A DNA stretch of 64,000 bases from contig CBDDLJ010000022.1 in the NCBI GenBank assembly GCA_965230635.1, forward strand, positions 86,705 to 150,704, given 5' to 3'. Below the pieces are notes generated by a model that had not been told where the DNA came from, did not search any database, and saw only the letters and a program-made list of their open reading frames with translations. How positions within the stretch are numbered: position 1 is the first letter of the stretch; each line of letters starts with the position of its first letter. This DNA comes from Gammaproteobacteria bacterium. GTDB taxonomy: Bacteria > Pseudomonadota > Gammaproteobacteria > UBA1113. A program made the translations under genes and the position numbers. Shown piece after piece: positions 30,001 through 38,200 of this stretch.

Positions 30001-32474
30001 ACTCCAGCTGCAATTAACTCACCGATACGCCATTTATCCATTTGCGATTCCCAGCGCTCAAACAGGCCATGCTTAGTCGCCATATCACTCAAAAGCCCCA
30101 AGTGCTCTCGTAACATCGCCATTTTAATCCGCTTAGCCTCATCAATACCCTCTTTATGCGCAATAATTTTGCCGCGAGCCGCTGCCATGATACCAGCAAA
30201 CGTAAGTTTCACCGGACCAGCAGGATCGCTGCACGTCGGTAGCCGCCTAATCGCAGAAGTAAGCTCCTCACCCAGCGCAGCAATCACTTCACGGCCCCAA
30301 TAAGAAAGCTGCTTTGTGCTGCCATCTTTAACAAATTCCTGCATACACTGAAGAAATCCCCCTTTTTCCTCCGCTGGCAGTGTTGGATAACTCCTTAATA
30401 ACCGATACAACGCTTCATCATCGGGGTAACGTTGACGCCAGCCTTGCAATGCAATATTCGTGGGTGAATCAATCGTGATAACTCGTGGTTCATCCGCTAT
30501 CGTCTGCGTGACTTCACTCATCTTAAGCAACTTACGATCGGCCAGTGTGATTAGTGTGTTGATAAGCTCTGTCTGTAACGTACTGAGTTGCGGTTGTAAA
30601 GACAACAAATATTGCGCTGCAGTTAAACGCACCAATTGATGACTGGCCTCTGGCTGGTTTATTGACTGTTGGTAATAGTTGATTAATAACTGCACTGTCT
30701 TTTTCTGCAAGGTCGCTTTTGTCGCCGGCATCTCTATCCCTTGGATGGGCATATCATAAACTGCCATTAATGTGCGCATGACCCCCACTTGGGCATTGCT
30801 ATTTTTCAGCCATAACCGGCTTTTATCATTATCTTCAATTGGCAGTCTCAGGGACATCAACGCATTGTCCCACAATGAGTATTGCGGTAATACCTCGCCG
30901 ATAAAGTGTGCCTGCCATTTTTTTAACGCAGTAAAATAGGGCTGGTTGCAATGGCAGTAACGGTAGATTGTTCCAGCGTGTCGCCACAAATGTTGTAATA
31001 ATCCCACCGCTGCATTTATCGCACTACCGATGGAAGCATCTGGGTCACTCACTGCGCCTATAACAGCGTCACCAATACCCGCAGCCTGTAGCAACAAGGT
31101 ACCAGTGATTCTGGCATAGTGCGCGCGTTGTTGCCACGGCATTTCCTCCGCGGTAAAGTGCGTCAAACTCTCCAACGCATACTCAACGGTCGCACCGATA
31201 TCTATCCACTGACATTGCGCCACTTTATCTTCTGTCTGTGTGTCGATAGCTTGCAATCGGTGCTTTAAATTATGCAGCGCCGCTTTAATCGGGGCCAAGT
31301 GTAATGCCTGACTCACATGGATTACCTGTTTACTAATCATCGCAGCTAATGTTTGGTACAATGTATTGAGCACCAGGCACATCATCGCAATGTCCGGGGC
31401 ATGCAAGCCTTGCATTTGTTTTACTAACAATGACGTTATTTGTCTTAATTGCGTCTCCGTTAACTTGTCCTCTGCTTTCATCAGGCCTAGCTTAGTTACG
31501 GCAGATTCATCCAAAAAATCTAACGGGTTGTCAGCAATGAGCTTAAACAACTGCTTTATCAGTAGTTGCATGGTCTTATTACTTAAGCCTGCGCCCAATA
31601 AGATAACGCTCTGTTTTAGCGACGATTCACTTAATGTCATTTCATGTGCAATTATGTTATCCTGAATAATATCTTCAATGTCATGCAAGTGTTGTTTGGC
31701 CAGCTCATCCTCAGGATGTTGCAAGCAACGATGCTTTTGCAATTGATACGCCTGCACCAGCTTCTCCGTATTGGCAAATGGCACCACTGAAAATAATGCT
31801 GTTATCTTCGGTGTTAACTCTGGCGCTGCCGAGAGGGAAGCTGGGCCTATCTCGACTGGCTCATCCACAGAGCCGGCAGGAGTTGCGATAGAAGGTATCT
31901 GATTCACAGTAGTATTTGCCAACGGTGTTGATGCTGATTCCGACAATCCGGCTAAAATGGTTTGATATTTCTGAATCGCTGCATTGCGCTCTGTATCTGC
32001 CCAGTCTGTCATTTGATGACAAACAGCGATTAATTTTTCTAAACAATCGCGCATCGTTGGGATCAGCGCAGGTGCTTCTTGTTTTTTTAATTGCTTCCAA
32101 GCTTGCTGATAGGCAAAAAACTGACTATCCGCATCATGATGACTTGTCATCCCTTCCTCTATAAGACAACGTACTTTTGTCAACAAGGCTTTTTCTTCTG
32201 GTGACAGCAACGGCGGCAGTTTGTCTAGCGCAGTTTGATATTTTGCAATAACCGCATCACGTTCCGCATCATCCCAAGATGTTATCTGACGGCAAATAGT
32301 GATTAATTTTGTTAAACAGTCTCGCTGCCTAGCATAATACGCCGGATCATCCAGATGCTTCAATAGCTTCCAAGCACGGCCATAAACAATAAACTGACTC
32401 TTGGCGTTTGTCTTTTCGCTGGCTTGTGCCATATACTCATCTGCTTTTCTCACTTGTGCTGCAGTTGGTAACAT
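24072..32474 (-). CDS. giant NLR-like STAND protein, paralog A (2800 aa)
   Basis: One uninterrupted ORF. Domain order is: duplicated N-terminal helical module, ~800 aa unknown region, ankyrin repeats, NACHT NTPase, ~24 HEAT/ARM-like repeats, conserved C-terminal module. Ankyrin repeats lie at nt ~28700-29470 (GKTPLMLAIQSGDDALCRQLLAHGA, GNTCLHLACQQG, GKTCLHLAAEFGNAAIVRLLA, TPLHLAARV). NACHT motifs appear in canonical order: Walker A VVVSGAAGVGKTT (nt ~28290-28316), Walker B LLMIEGLDEL (~28008-28037), LVTTRP, IQGFSEKD, IPINAYLL, FLHLSFQEFLAA. Confidence 0.85.
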   Translation of the reverse strand: MLPTAAQVRKADEYMAQASEKTNAKSQFIVYGRAWKLLKHLDDPAYYARQRDCLTKLITICRQITSWDDAERDAVIAKYQTALDKLPPLLSPEEKALLTKVRCLIEEGMTSHHDADSQFFAYQQAWKQLKKQEAPALIPTMRDCLEKLIAVCHQMTDWADTERNAAIQKYQTILAGLSESASTPLANTTVNQIPSIATPAGSVDEPVEIGPASLSAAPELTPKITALFSVVPFANTEKLVQAYQLQKHRCLQHPEDELAKQHLHDIEDIIQDNIIAHEMTLSESSLKQSVILLGAGLSNKTMQLLIKQLFKLIADNPLDFLDESAVTKLGLMKAEDKLTETQLRQITSLLVKQMQGLHAPDIAMMCLVLNTLYQTLAAMISKQVIHVSQALHLAPIKAALHNLKHRLQAIDTQTEDKVAQCQWIDIGATVEYALESLTHFTAEEMPWQQRAHYARITGTLLLQAAGIGDAVIGAVSDPDASIGSAINAAVGLLQHLWRHAGTIYRYCHCNQPYFTALKKWQAHFIGEVLPQYSLWDNALMSLRLPIEDNDKSRLWLKNSNAQVGVMRTLMAVYDMPIQGIEMPATKATLQKKTVQLLINYYQQSINQPEASHQLVRLTAAQYLLSLQPQLSTLQTELINTLITLADRKLLKMSEVTQTIADEPRVITIDSPTNIALQGWRQRYPDDEALYRLLRSYPTLPAEEKGGFLQCMQEFVKDGSTKQLSYWGREVIAALGEELTSAIRRLPTCSDPAGPVKLTFAGIMAAARGKIIAHKEGIDEAKRIKMAMLREHLGLLSDMATKHGLFERWESQMDKWRIGELIAAGVIEATVAPIISPHEVDVEILSGQAETAVLAASTMETQPLVVHRSDTVSRGAGAAAAAPHPFASYSQVDNSTIFIFGHLSVDPQFPIDTLLDKLAALLRSSRQGLSLELMQLAERFSASGTSERALYCYAAAYCVHLQDQSPCPPTLVPCIERLLNTLADTGFATDAGLRCMQKPNNVEGETWLHYFITTYPAPHLIDYLLNQQQYRWQLQAHYRGKTPLMLAIQSGDDALCRQLLAHGATTAGCDGAGNTCLHLACQQGFSKVIPDLLAATKPLSMEVVGPLNTAGDTVLHALCVSGCHEWGCYEDILRYFPSAVNQRNLAGYFPLQLAACHAPLEIFTELQAKTTVVLSAGEDGKTCLHLAAEFGNAAIVRLLATQGEVNALDRAQCTPLHLAARVRQLGHGHNVDDYRQVFIALLQHGADETLTNGQGQTVRDMVLQCQEIQAVFEQVWAQLAPQRLLQRWQTQCAAYYTQPSFVKKRLFDTDYFSLADYFVNLQLVKEVKRSASASTTNQNKPLIRPLRERDRDLEGKKTAIALSDIFKPAQYQDTQDMLPGAVNTVVVSGAAGVGKTTLSDYIAYQWALAQQEQGISGLWSDFDAVLIIHCRSLHPETLGPDIQEWDIVQLLRRACWGELELSIAEAKQILSRLREKPANCLLMIEGLDELPTFARGSAWYKLLVQLFRLPFKKLVTTRPYAIANLQQWLRYDGLIEIQGFSEKDVSVFFKHNLKDTEEPALLIEKLKQNKDLWSIAHIPINAYLLKSWWQTSCRHKRQVELTQLSVSELYLSLIVNVCRRYLERDGCLDENALLDDVIILKDPVINLLLQTLGCWAFEGLRQDTTQLSIRWLKGIESAEENPTLLAENRLPFIKVQYLKTLGLLKKIGKEINNQQSYEFLHLSFQEFLAAWVIKDYLSCGTEAQKLSVGKVIKAYKYHPNFTLVWPFVAGLLKPYPDAQETFFQLLLQAPRDWVGVAEEDLFIRCLEASLSLDNSIELLEGKQQSLMRFIDQRLKKLHAMPDKLQERFQDILKPCYQIQRCLFDSIATLLVDNKVKKSVRVSFAWSLGAYISQDFDKMDTVLALIKNEDLDESVRYALVCNFAKCLSLDSGKLDTALALMKDEGVNMDTRVAFASKLAAQILQCSSKLLDEILLLIKNEQVSRRVRYQLVDDFIKRIFQDSDKLDVVLALIKNEQVNRKTRIMCARSLAQHIPQDSDKVDTMLTLIKNDEVNEAVRITIACVLVRRILGKNQVFLSLKKEKVAEKSRVAFAWDVVMHISENSKKIDAVFSLIRDRVLDTNDSIALAFSLVTYLSQNSNTVDAVWILLANEQESQRARLTLAHGLVKHILQDSDKMDIHVVFSFLEKEAVKENIRIVLARGLAAHISRIFEMDAILVFLENEALNKNVRAALASRLVLDNLQASDKMGVVLAFLENQTVNKDVRAALANCLALDKFQASDKLNAVLALFENEAVNKDIRIALAKNLAKYLYQHCEKQDIVWMLLKDEGVNENVRSKLAYHFVSHISSDFEKVDAVCKLLANDKMNGKVRIKIALGLVDSISQARYTSLDYDKVDAIWALLIDKKTDKYVFSCIRIRLAYELIRRMPMSSDKLDVILNFLTNQKVNEYIHDNFDIEEAHFDFYSIRSYLLDLLDIVDNLSANILPGCEKKVDTILALLENEQVNEHVRVAFARGLIMHRSGVYRKMSTSKKLLNRQVKKEIRATLANKMDKVLALIKNRKVEKEIRVLLARNLVLCVSQDSDKMDTVLALLDNEEENKEVRITIALGLVMHTTQYFIKINAMLRLLAYEDMTVSDRAQLARRLVPHLSKWPEKIKLFLKGILLKSHHDNVDISSDIDIPAYLIVPIYEQTDAKGRRYIIKQLLKNNVVLVEQQDKIMVIEAGQVNSLSLASSAIKRIKQDLFDEYDVGIDHSASLLPEYSLISNSQAANLSSSQDCEVIIESSSEIGTNGAGFHNAGCPKQAH
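24520..26890 (-). repeat. coding array of ~24 degenerate ~37-aa HEAT/ARM-like repeats in paralog A
   Basis: A recurring unit of the form DKMDTVLALIKNE.VN..VR.ALA..LA..I.QDS is visible by eye in the translation. Boundaries are approximate. Confidence 0.7.
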
Positions 32475-32549
32475 ACGCTGACTCCTTCAATGCCATCCTA
32501 CTAAGCGGACAATATATGCTCTGCGCCTCTTGCTATGTGTGCACACCTC

Positions 32550-32577
32550 ATACTACCAAACCAGTGGTCAATTGCAA
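32550..32577 (-). promoter_or_regulatory. candidate sigma-70 promoter of paralog A (duplicated upstream of paralog B)
   Basis: The minus strand reads TTGCAA-N16-TAGTAT, ~75 nt upstream of the ATG. The same block (TTGCAA-N17-TAGCAT) is conserved at 43886-43914. Confidence 0.4.
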
Positions 32578-32848
32578 AGAGGCGATAACAAAACAGCTTT
32601 TTGAATAAACGGCAGCTTAACAAAATAGCAAAAACATTGATTAACTACCTTAGTTTCTCACTACCAATACCCATTTCTTGCATAGAAAAAGTAAATATGA
32701 GCTATTTTTATACTGAAAATTTAAAATTGCTGATACATGGCTGCAGTAATGTTGACCGGCTTACTCGACACGCGCCCCTTAGATTTTTATGCTCTGCTCA
32801 ATAGGGCTGAGTCTTAAAAAAATCTTTTTGTTGATGCTATGAGGTGCG

Positions 32849-33166
32849 CTAGGGAGTCATCGCTGTAAATAAGCACTGTGGAGGTTGAGAGCGCTGTGTC
32901 TCTTGCATATCATCCATTGCTAAACGGCAGAATTTCATATCCTGTTTAATTTTCTCAAACGATGCCGATAATTCTGGCGATAATTCCAACGGTTTGGTCT
33001 GCCCAGCTTGCATTACCCATACCTTCCCTTCACGTTCAATGAGCAAGATGCGCTGTTTTAATAATTGTTTTATCAGATACTCGCGGACATCTTCATTATC
33101 ATTATAACGATCAAGAATTAAGTAAAGCGGAATATTCATGTCTGTCAGTAAGCATCGATTATACAT
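32849..33166 (-). CDS. C-terminal fragment of giant paralog B (conserved C-terminal module)
   Basis: IPLYLILDRYNDNEDVREYLIKQLLKQRILLIEREGKVWVMQAGQTKPLELS aligns with IPAYLIVPIYEQTDAKGRRYIIKQLLKNNVVLVEQQDKIMVIEAGQVNSLSLA at the C-terminus of paralog A. It is separated from the upstream ORF by a 1-nt frameshift. Confidence 0.7.
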   Translation of the reverse strand: MYNRCLLTDMNIPLYLILDRYNDNEDVREYLIKQLLKQRILLIEREGKVWVMQAGQTKPLELSPELSASFEKIKQDMKFCRLAMDDMQETQRSQPPQCLFTAMTP

Positions 33167-33189
33167 ATCTTTATCAAGTAATATGTCTA

Positions 33190-36100
33190 GAAAATTCTCC
33201 CTCTTATTTGGAAACTGAGGTAACTGCTCAGCGATAGCCTTTGCCAGCTGGACACGAAAAAAAACCCTCTATATGCCCATCTTTCAGCAAGTCCAATGCC
33301 AAATCAAACATCTCTCCCCTTTTATTCGGCAACAGATGTAACTGGGCAACTAAACCCTCAGCTAGCTTGCAATAAATCATACCATCTACATCTTTATTCT
33401 TAAGACATGCCAACACCACATCAATCACCTCTTCCCCTTTATTCGGCAGCAGAGGTAACTGGGTAACGAAATCTTCAGCTAAATTGGCGAGGATGTCACC
33501 ATTTACTTCTTTATCCTTCAGCAAAGCCAGCACCGCATCGCATGCCTCGTTCACCTTATCTGGGTACTGAGGTAATTGGGTGATGAAAGCCTTTGCCAGC
33601 TTGCACAGAATCTCACCTTTTACGCCACTATTTTTCAATAAAGTTATTACTATATTAAACACCTCAACTTTAGACAGCAACTGGAGTAACCGAGCAACTA
33701 AACTCTCAGTTAGCTTGTAACAAACCACACTGTCTACATCTTTATTCTTAAGACATGCTAGCACCGCATCAAACACTTTTCCCCCTTTATTCGGCAGCAG
33801 GGGTAACTGGGTAACGAAATCTTCAGCTAAATTAGCGAGGATATCACCACTTACTTCTTTATCCTTCAGCAAAGCCAGCACTGCATCGCATGCCTCGCTC
33901 ACCTTATCTGGGTACTGAGGTAATTGGGTGATGAAAGCCTTTGCCAGCTTGCACAGAACCTCACCTTTTACGCCACTATTTTTCAACAAATCTATTATCG
34001 TATCGAATCTCTGTTTCTTTTTATTCAGAAATTTGAGTAACTGGGTAACAAAAGCCTGGGCTATATCACATCTCTCATTCACCTTACTCGGCAACTGGGC
34101 GACAAACTTCATTGCCAGCTCAGCACGCACCCTACTATCTACGTCCTCATCCTTCAGCAAGGTGATTACTGCCTCAAACACTTTTTCCTCTCTATCTGGT
34201 AACTTGGTAACGTAAGCATTAGTTAGTATGCAGCGAGCCTTTTTATCTATGGCCTCATTTTTCATCAAGGCCAGCACTGCATCATGTATCTCCCCCATTT
34301 TATTCGGTAATATATCATGTAAGCCGGGAAACAGATCGACAACAAATCTTTTAGCCAGCTCGCAGCGATACCACGCATGGATATGCTTATTCTTCAGCAG
34401 GGCTGTCAATTTATCATATACCTCTTCCCGTTTATTCGGCAACAGTACGAGTAACCGTGCGACAAAAGCCTTTACCATCCTGTAACGGCTTTCATCATAC
34501 TCATTCTTTAGCAAGGTGATCACTGCTTCAAACACTTCTTCCCATTTATTCAGCAATTGAGGCAACTGGAGAAGCCCTGTAATCCAGAACGCTAGCTCCG
34601 TACAAACCAGCACATCGACGTTCTTATCCTTCACCAAGGCCAACACCGCATTTATTGCTCCTTGCTCTTTATCTGGTAATTGAGATAGCTGGGTAACAAA
34701 GGCGTCAGTCATTATGCAACGATACCATCTATCTATATCCTTATCTTTCAGAAAATTCATCACCGTATCACATACCTCGGTCGCCCTCTCTGGATACTGG
34801 GGTAACTGGGCAAGAAAACTTTCAGTCAACCTGCAGCGGACCCGGTCATCGACTTCCTTATCTTTCAGTAAGGCCAGCACCGCATCTAACACCCCTTTTC
34901 CTTTCTCTGGCAACTGGGGTAACTGGGCGACAAAGATCTTTGCCAGTTTAAAGCAAGCTTGCCAATCGACATCCTTATTCTTCAGCAAGGCTAGCACCGC
35001 ATCTAACACTTCTTTTCCTTTCTCTGGCAACTGAGGTAACTGGGGTAACTGGACAAGAAACCCTTCAGCCAGCTTGCAGCGAACCCATCCATCAACATTC
35101 GCATTTTTCAGCAAGCCCAGCACCGCATCGTATGCCTCGTTCACCTTATCCAGAAACCAGGGTAACTGAGCAACGTAGGCTTCAGCCAGCCCGCCGCGAA
35201 ATCCTTTATCGATATCCTTATCCTGCAGTAAGGCCAGCATCACATCGCATACCCCGTTCACCTTATCTGGAAACTGCGGCAACTGGGTAAAAAAACCTTC
35301 AGCCAGACTGCCGCGAACCCATCCATCAACTTCCTTATCCTGCAACAAGGCCAGCACCAAATCAAACACTCCTTTTCCTTTGTCTGGCAACTGGGGTAAC
35401 TGTGCAACGAAGGCCTTTGCCAGCTTACAGCAAGCCCGCCAGGCGATGTTCTTATCCTTAACCAAGGTCAGTACAATATCGCACCCCTCTCTCATCTTAT
35501 CTGGAAACTGGGGTAACTGGGTAAGAAAAATTTTAGCCAACTTACAACGAACCCATCCATCGATGTCCTTATTCTTCAGCAAGCCCAGCACCGCATCTAA
35601 CGTTCCTTGCCCTTCATCTGGCAATTGGGTAAGAAAAATTTCAGCTAGCTCGCAACGAACCCCGCTATCGATATCCTCATCCTTCAACAAGTCCAGCGCC
35701 ATATAGCTTCCCTTATCCGGAAACTGAGCAACGAAAGCCTTTGCCAGTCTGCTGCGAACCCATTCATCAACATCCTTATCTTTCAGCAAGGCCAGCACCA
35801 AATCAAACACTCCTTTTCCTCTACCTAGCAACTGGGGGAGCTGAGCGACAAAGGCCTTTGTCAGCTTACAGCAAGCCCGCCGGGGGATGTTCTTATCCCT
35901 CATCAAGATCAGTACAATATTACACCCTTCTGTCATCTTATCTGGAAACTGGGGTAACTGGGTAAGAAAAATTTTAGCCAGCTTACAGCGAACCCATCCA
36001 TCGACGTCCTTATTCTTCAGCAAGCCCAGCACCGTATCTAACATTCCCTGCCCTTCATCTGGCAATTGGGCAAGAAAAACTTCAGCCAGATCGCAGCGAA

Positions 36101-38200
36101 CCCCCTTATCGATATCCTCATCCTTCAACAAGTCCAGCGCCATATAGCTTCTCTTATCCGGAAACTGAGCAACGAAAGCCTTTGCCAGCTTAATGCGAGT
36201 CCAACTAGCATCCTTATCTTTTACCAAAGCCTTTGCCAGCTTAGCACGAGACCAAATAGCAACATCTTTATCTTTCACCAATGTCAGCACTAAATCGCAT
36301 GCCTTATTCACCTTATCTGGAAACTGAGGTAACCGAGCAACGAAAGCCTTTGCCAACCTGCCGCGAACCCATCCATCAACATCCTTATCTACCATCAAGG
36401 CCATTACTAAATCGCATGCCTTATTCACTTTATCTGAATACTGAGGCAACTGAGCAATGAAGTCTTTTGCCAGATCAGCACGATTCCAACGCTCAACATT
36501 CTTGTCTTTCAGAAAAGCCAATACCGCATCGTATCCTTTGTCTATCTTATTTGAAAACTGTGACAACTGTGCAATAAAGGCCTTAGCCAGCCAATATCGT
36601 AATCCATCTTTTATGTTCCCATTCTTCAACAAGGCTATTACCGTTTCACATCTCTCCTCCATTTTATTCGGAAACTTGAGTAACTGGGCAATAAAAATTA
36701 ACTCCATATCTATTCTATTCACCTTGTTCGAAAACTTGATTAACTGGTCTACAAAGGCCTCTACCAGTTCGGCACATGCCCTACTATCTAAGCCTTCATT
36801 CTTCAGCAAGGCGATCACTTCCTCAAACGCCCCTTCTTTTCCACTCAGCAAATTACCAATGTAGTAAACAACAATAAGCTTGCCAGGAACCTTGTTATCT
36901 ATGGCCTCATTTTTCACTAAGGCCAGCACCGCATCATGTATCTCCTCCATTTTATTTAGTAATATATTATGAAAGTCGGGAAACAGATCGACAACAAATG
37001 TTTTGGCCAGCTTGCAGCGATACCGCACATGGACATCCTTATTATTTAGCAGGGCCGTCAATTTATCGTATACCTCTTCCCATTTGTTCGGCAACAGTAC
37101 GAGTAACCGTGCGAAAAAGGCCTGTGCCAGCTTGTCATGGGTTTCATCATACTCATTCTTTAGCAAGATAATCACTGCTTCAAATACTTCTTCCCATTTA
37201 TTGAGCAACTGGGGCAACTGGAGAATATCAGTAACACAGAACCGAGCTATCGTAGCGCGATCCCGACTATCTACTTTCTTATTCTTCAGCAAAATCAGCA
37301 CAGCATTTAATGCTCCTTGCTCTTTATCTATCAACTGGGGTAACTGGGCAACGAAAACTTTAGCCAGCTTGTAGCGACCCCAACCCTCAGCATCCATAAC
37401 TCTCATCAAGGCAATCACTACTTCGCACGACTCATTTACTTTATCTGGCAACTGGAGTAACTGAGTGATAAAGGCCTTTGCTAGCTTGTAGCGAACCCAT
37501 CCACTAACATCCTTATCCTTTAGCAAAGCCAACACCGCATCTAATACCTCTCTTTTGTCTGGCAACTGGGGTAACTGAGCGACAAAGGCCTTTGCCAGCC
37601 TGCTGCGAACCCTTCCATCAGCATCCTTATCCTTTAGCAAAACCAGCAACGCATCTAACACTTCTCCTTTGTCTAGTAGCTGAGGTAACTGGGGTAACTG
37701 AACGACGAAGGCCTCTGCTAGCTTGTAACGAATACCGCAGACGATGTCCTTATCCTTCACCAAGGTCAGCATCATATCGCATCCCTCGCTCATCTTATCT
37801 GGAAACTGAGGTAACTGGGTAATAAAATGTTCAACCAGCTCGCAGCGAACCCTTCCATCGCCGTCCTCATGTTTAAACAAAGCCAGCACCTTATCACATC
37901 TTTCATTTATCTTATTAGGATACTGAGGTAACTGGGCCATGAAGGTCCTAGCCAGACTGCCGCGAGCCCATCTATCGATATCCTTATTCTTCAGCAAGTC
38001 TATTATTACATTGCAAGCCTCATTTATTTTATCTGGATACTGGGGCAAATAGACAACGACTGCTTCTGCCAGCTTAGCGCGAACTGTACCAGTTACTTTA
38101 TCATGTCTCAATATTGAGAGCACACCATCGAACACCTCTTTCCGTCCATTCTGCATCTTGGCAATAGCAGTCGTCGCTAGCATAGTGAGAACATTCCCTG
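33190..38200 (-). repeat. coding array of ~45 HEAT/ARM-like repeats with nested higher-order duplications
   Basis: 33541-33610 vs 33889-33958 match at 69/70 nt (348-bp unit). A ~441-bp unit is repeated around 35.33-36.21 kb. A ~330-bp block occurs at ~34.25-34.57 kb and again at ~36.9-37.24 kb. Confidence 0.8.

Noticed and set aside
33928-37822. Many 75-135-aa plus-strand ORFs inside the paralog B repeat array (e.g. 34714-35034, 35380-35706, 35887-36147, 36457-36864, 37003-37374), and similar ones inside paralog A (24679-32164).
   Set aside because: They lie antisense to a long uninterrupted minus-strand ORF. They are Ser/Phe/Asn-rich mirror translations of the repeats and recur only because the sense repeats recur. 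They have no RBS or start context.
33190-38200. Regular ~110-115-bp periodicity that could superficially suggest a CRISPR-like or satellite array.
   Set aside because: The periodicity is in frame and codes for ~38-aa helical repeats. There is no alternation of identical short repeats with unique spacers, and no leader or cas genes.
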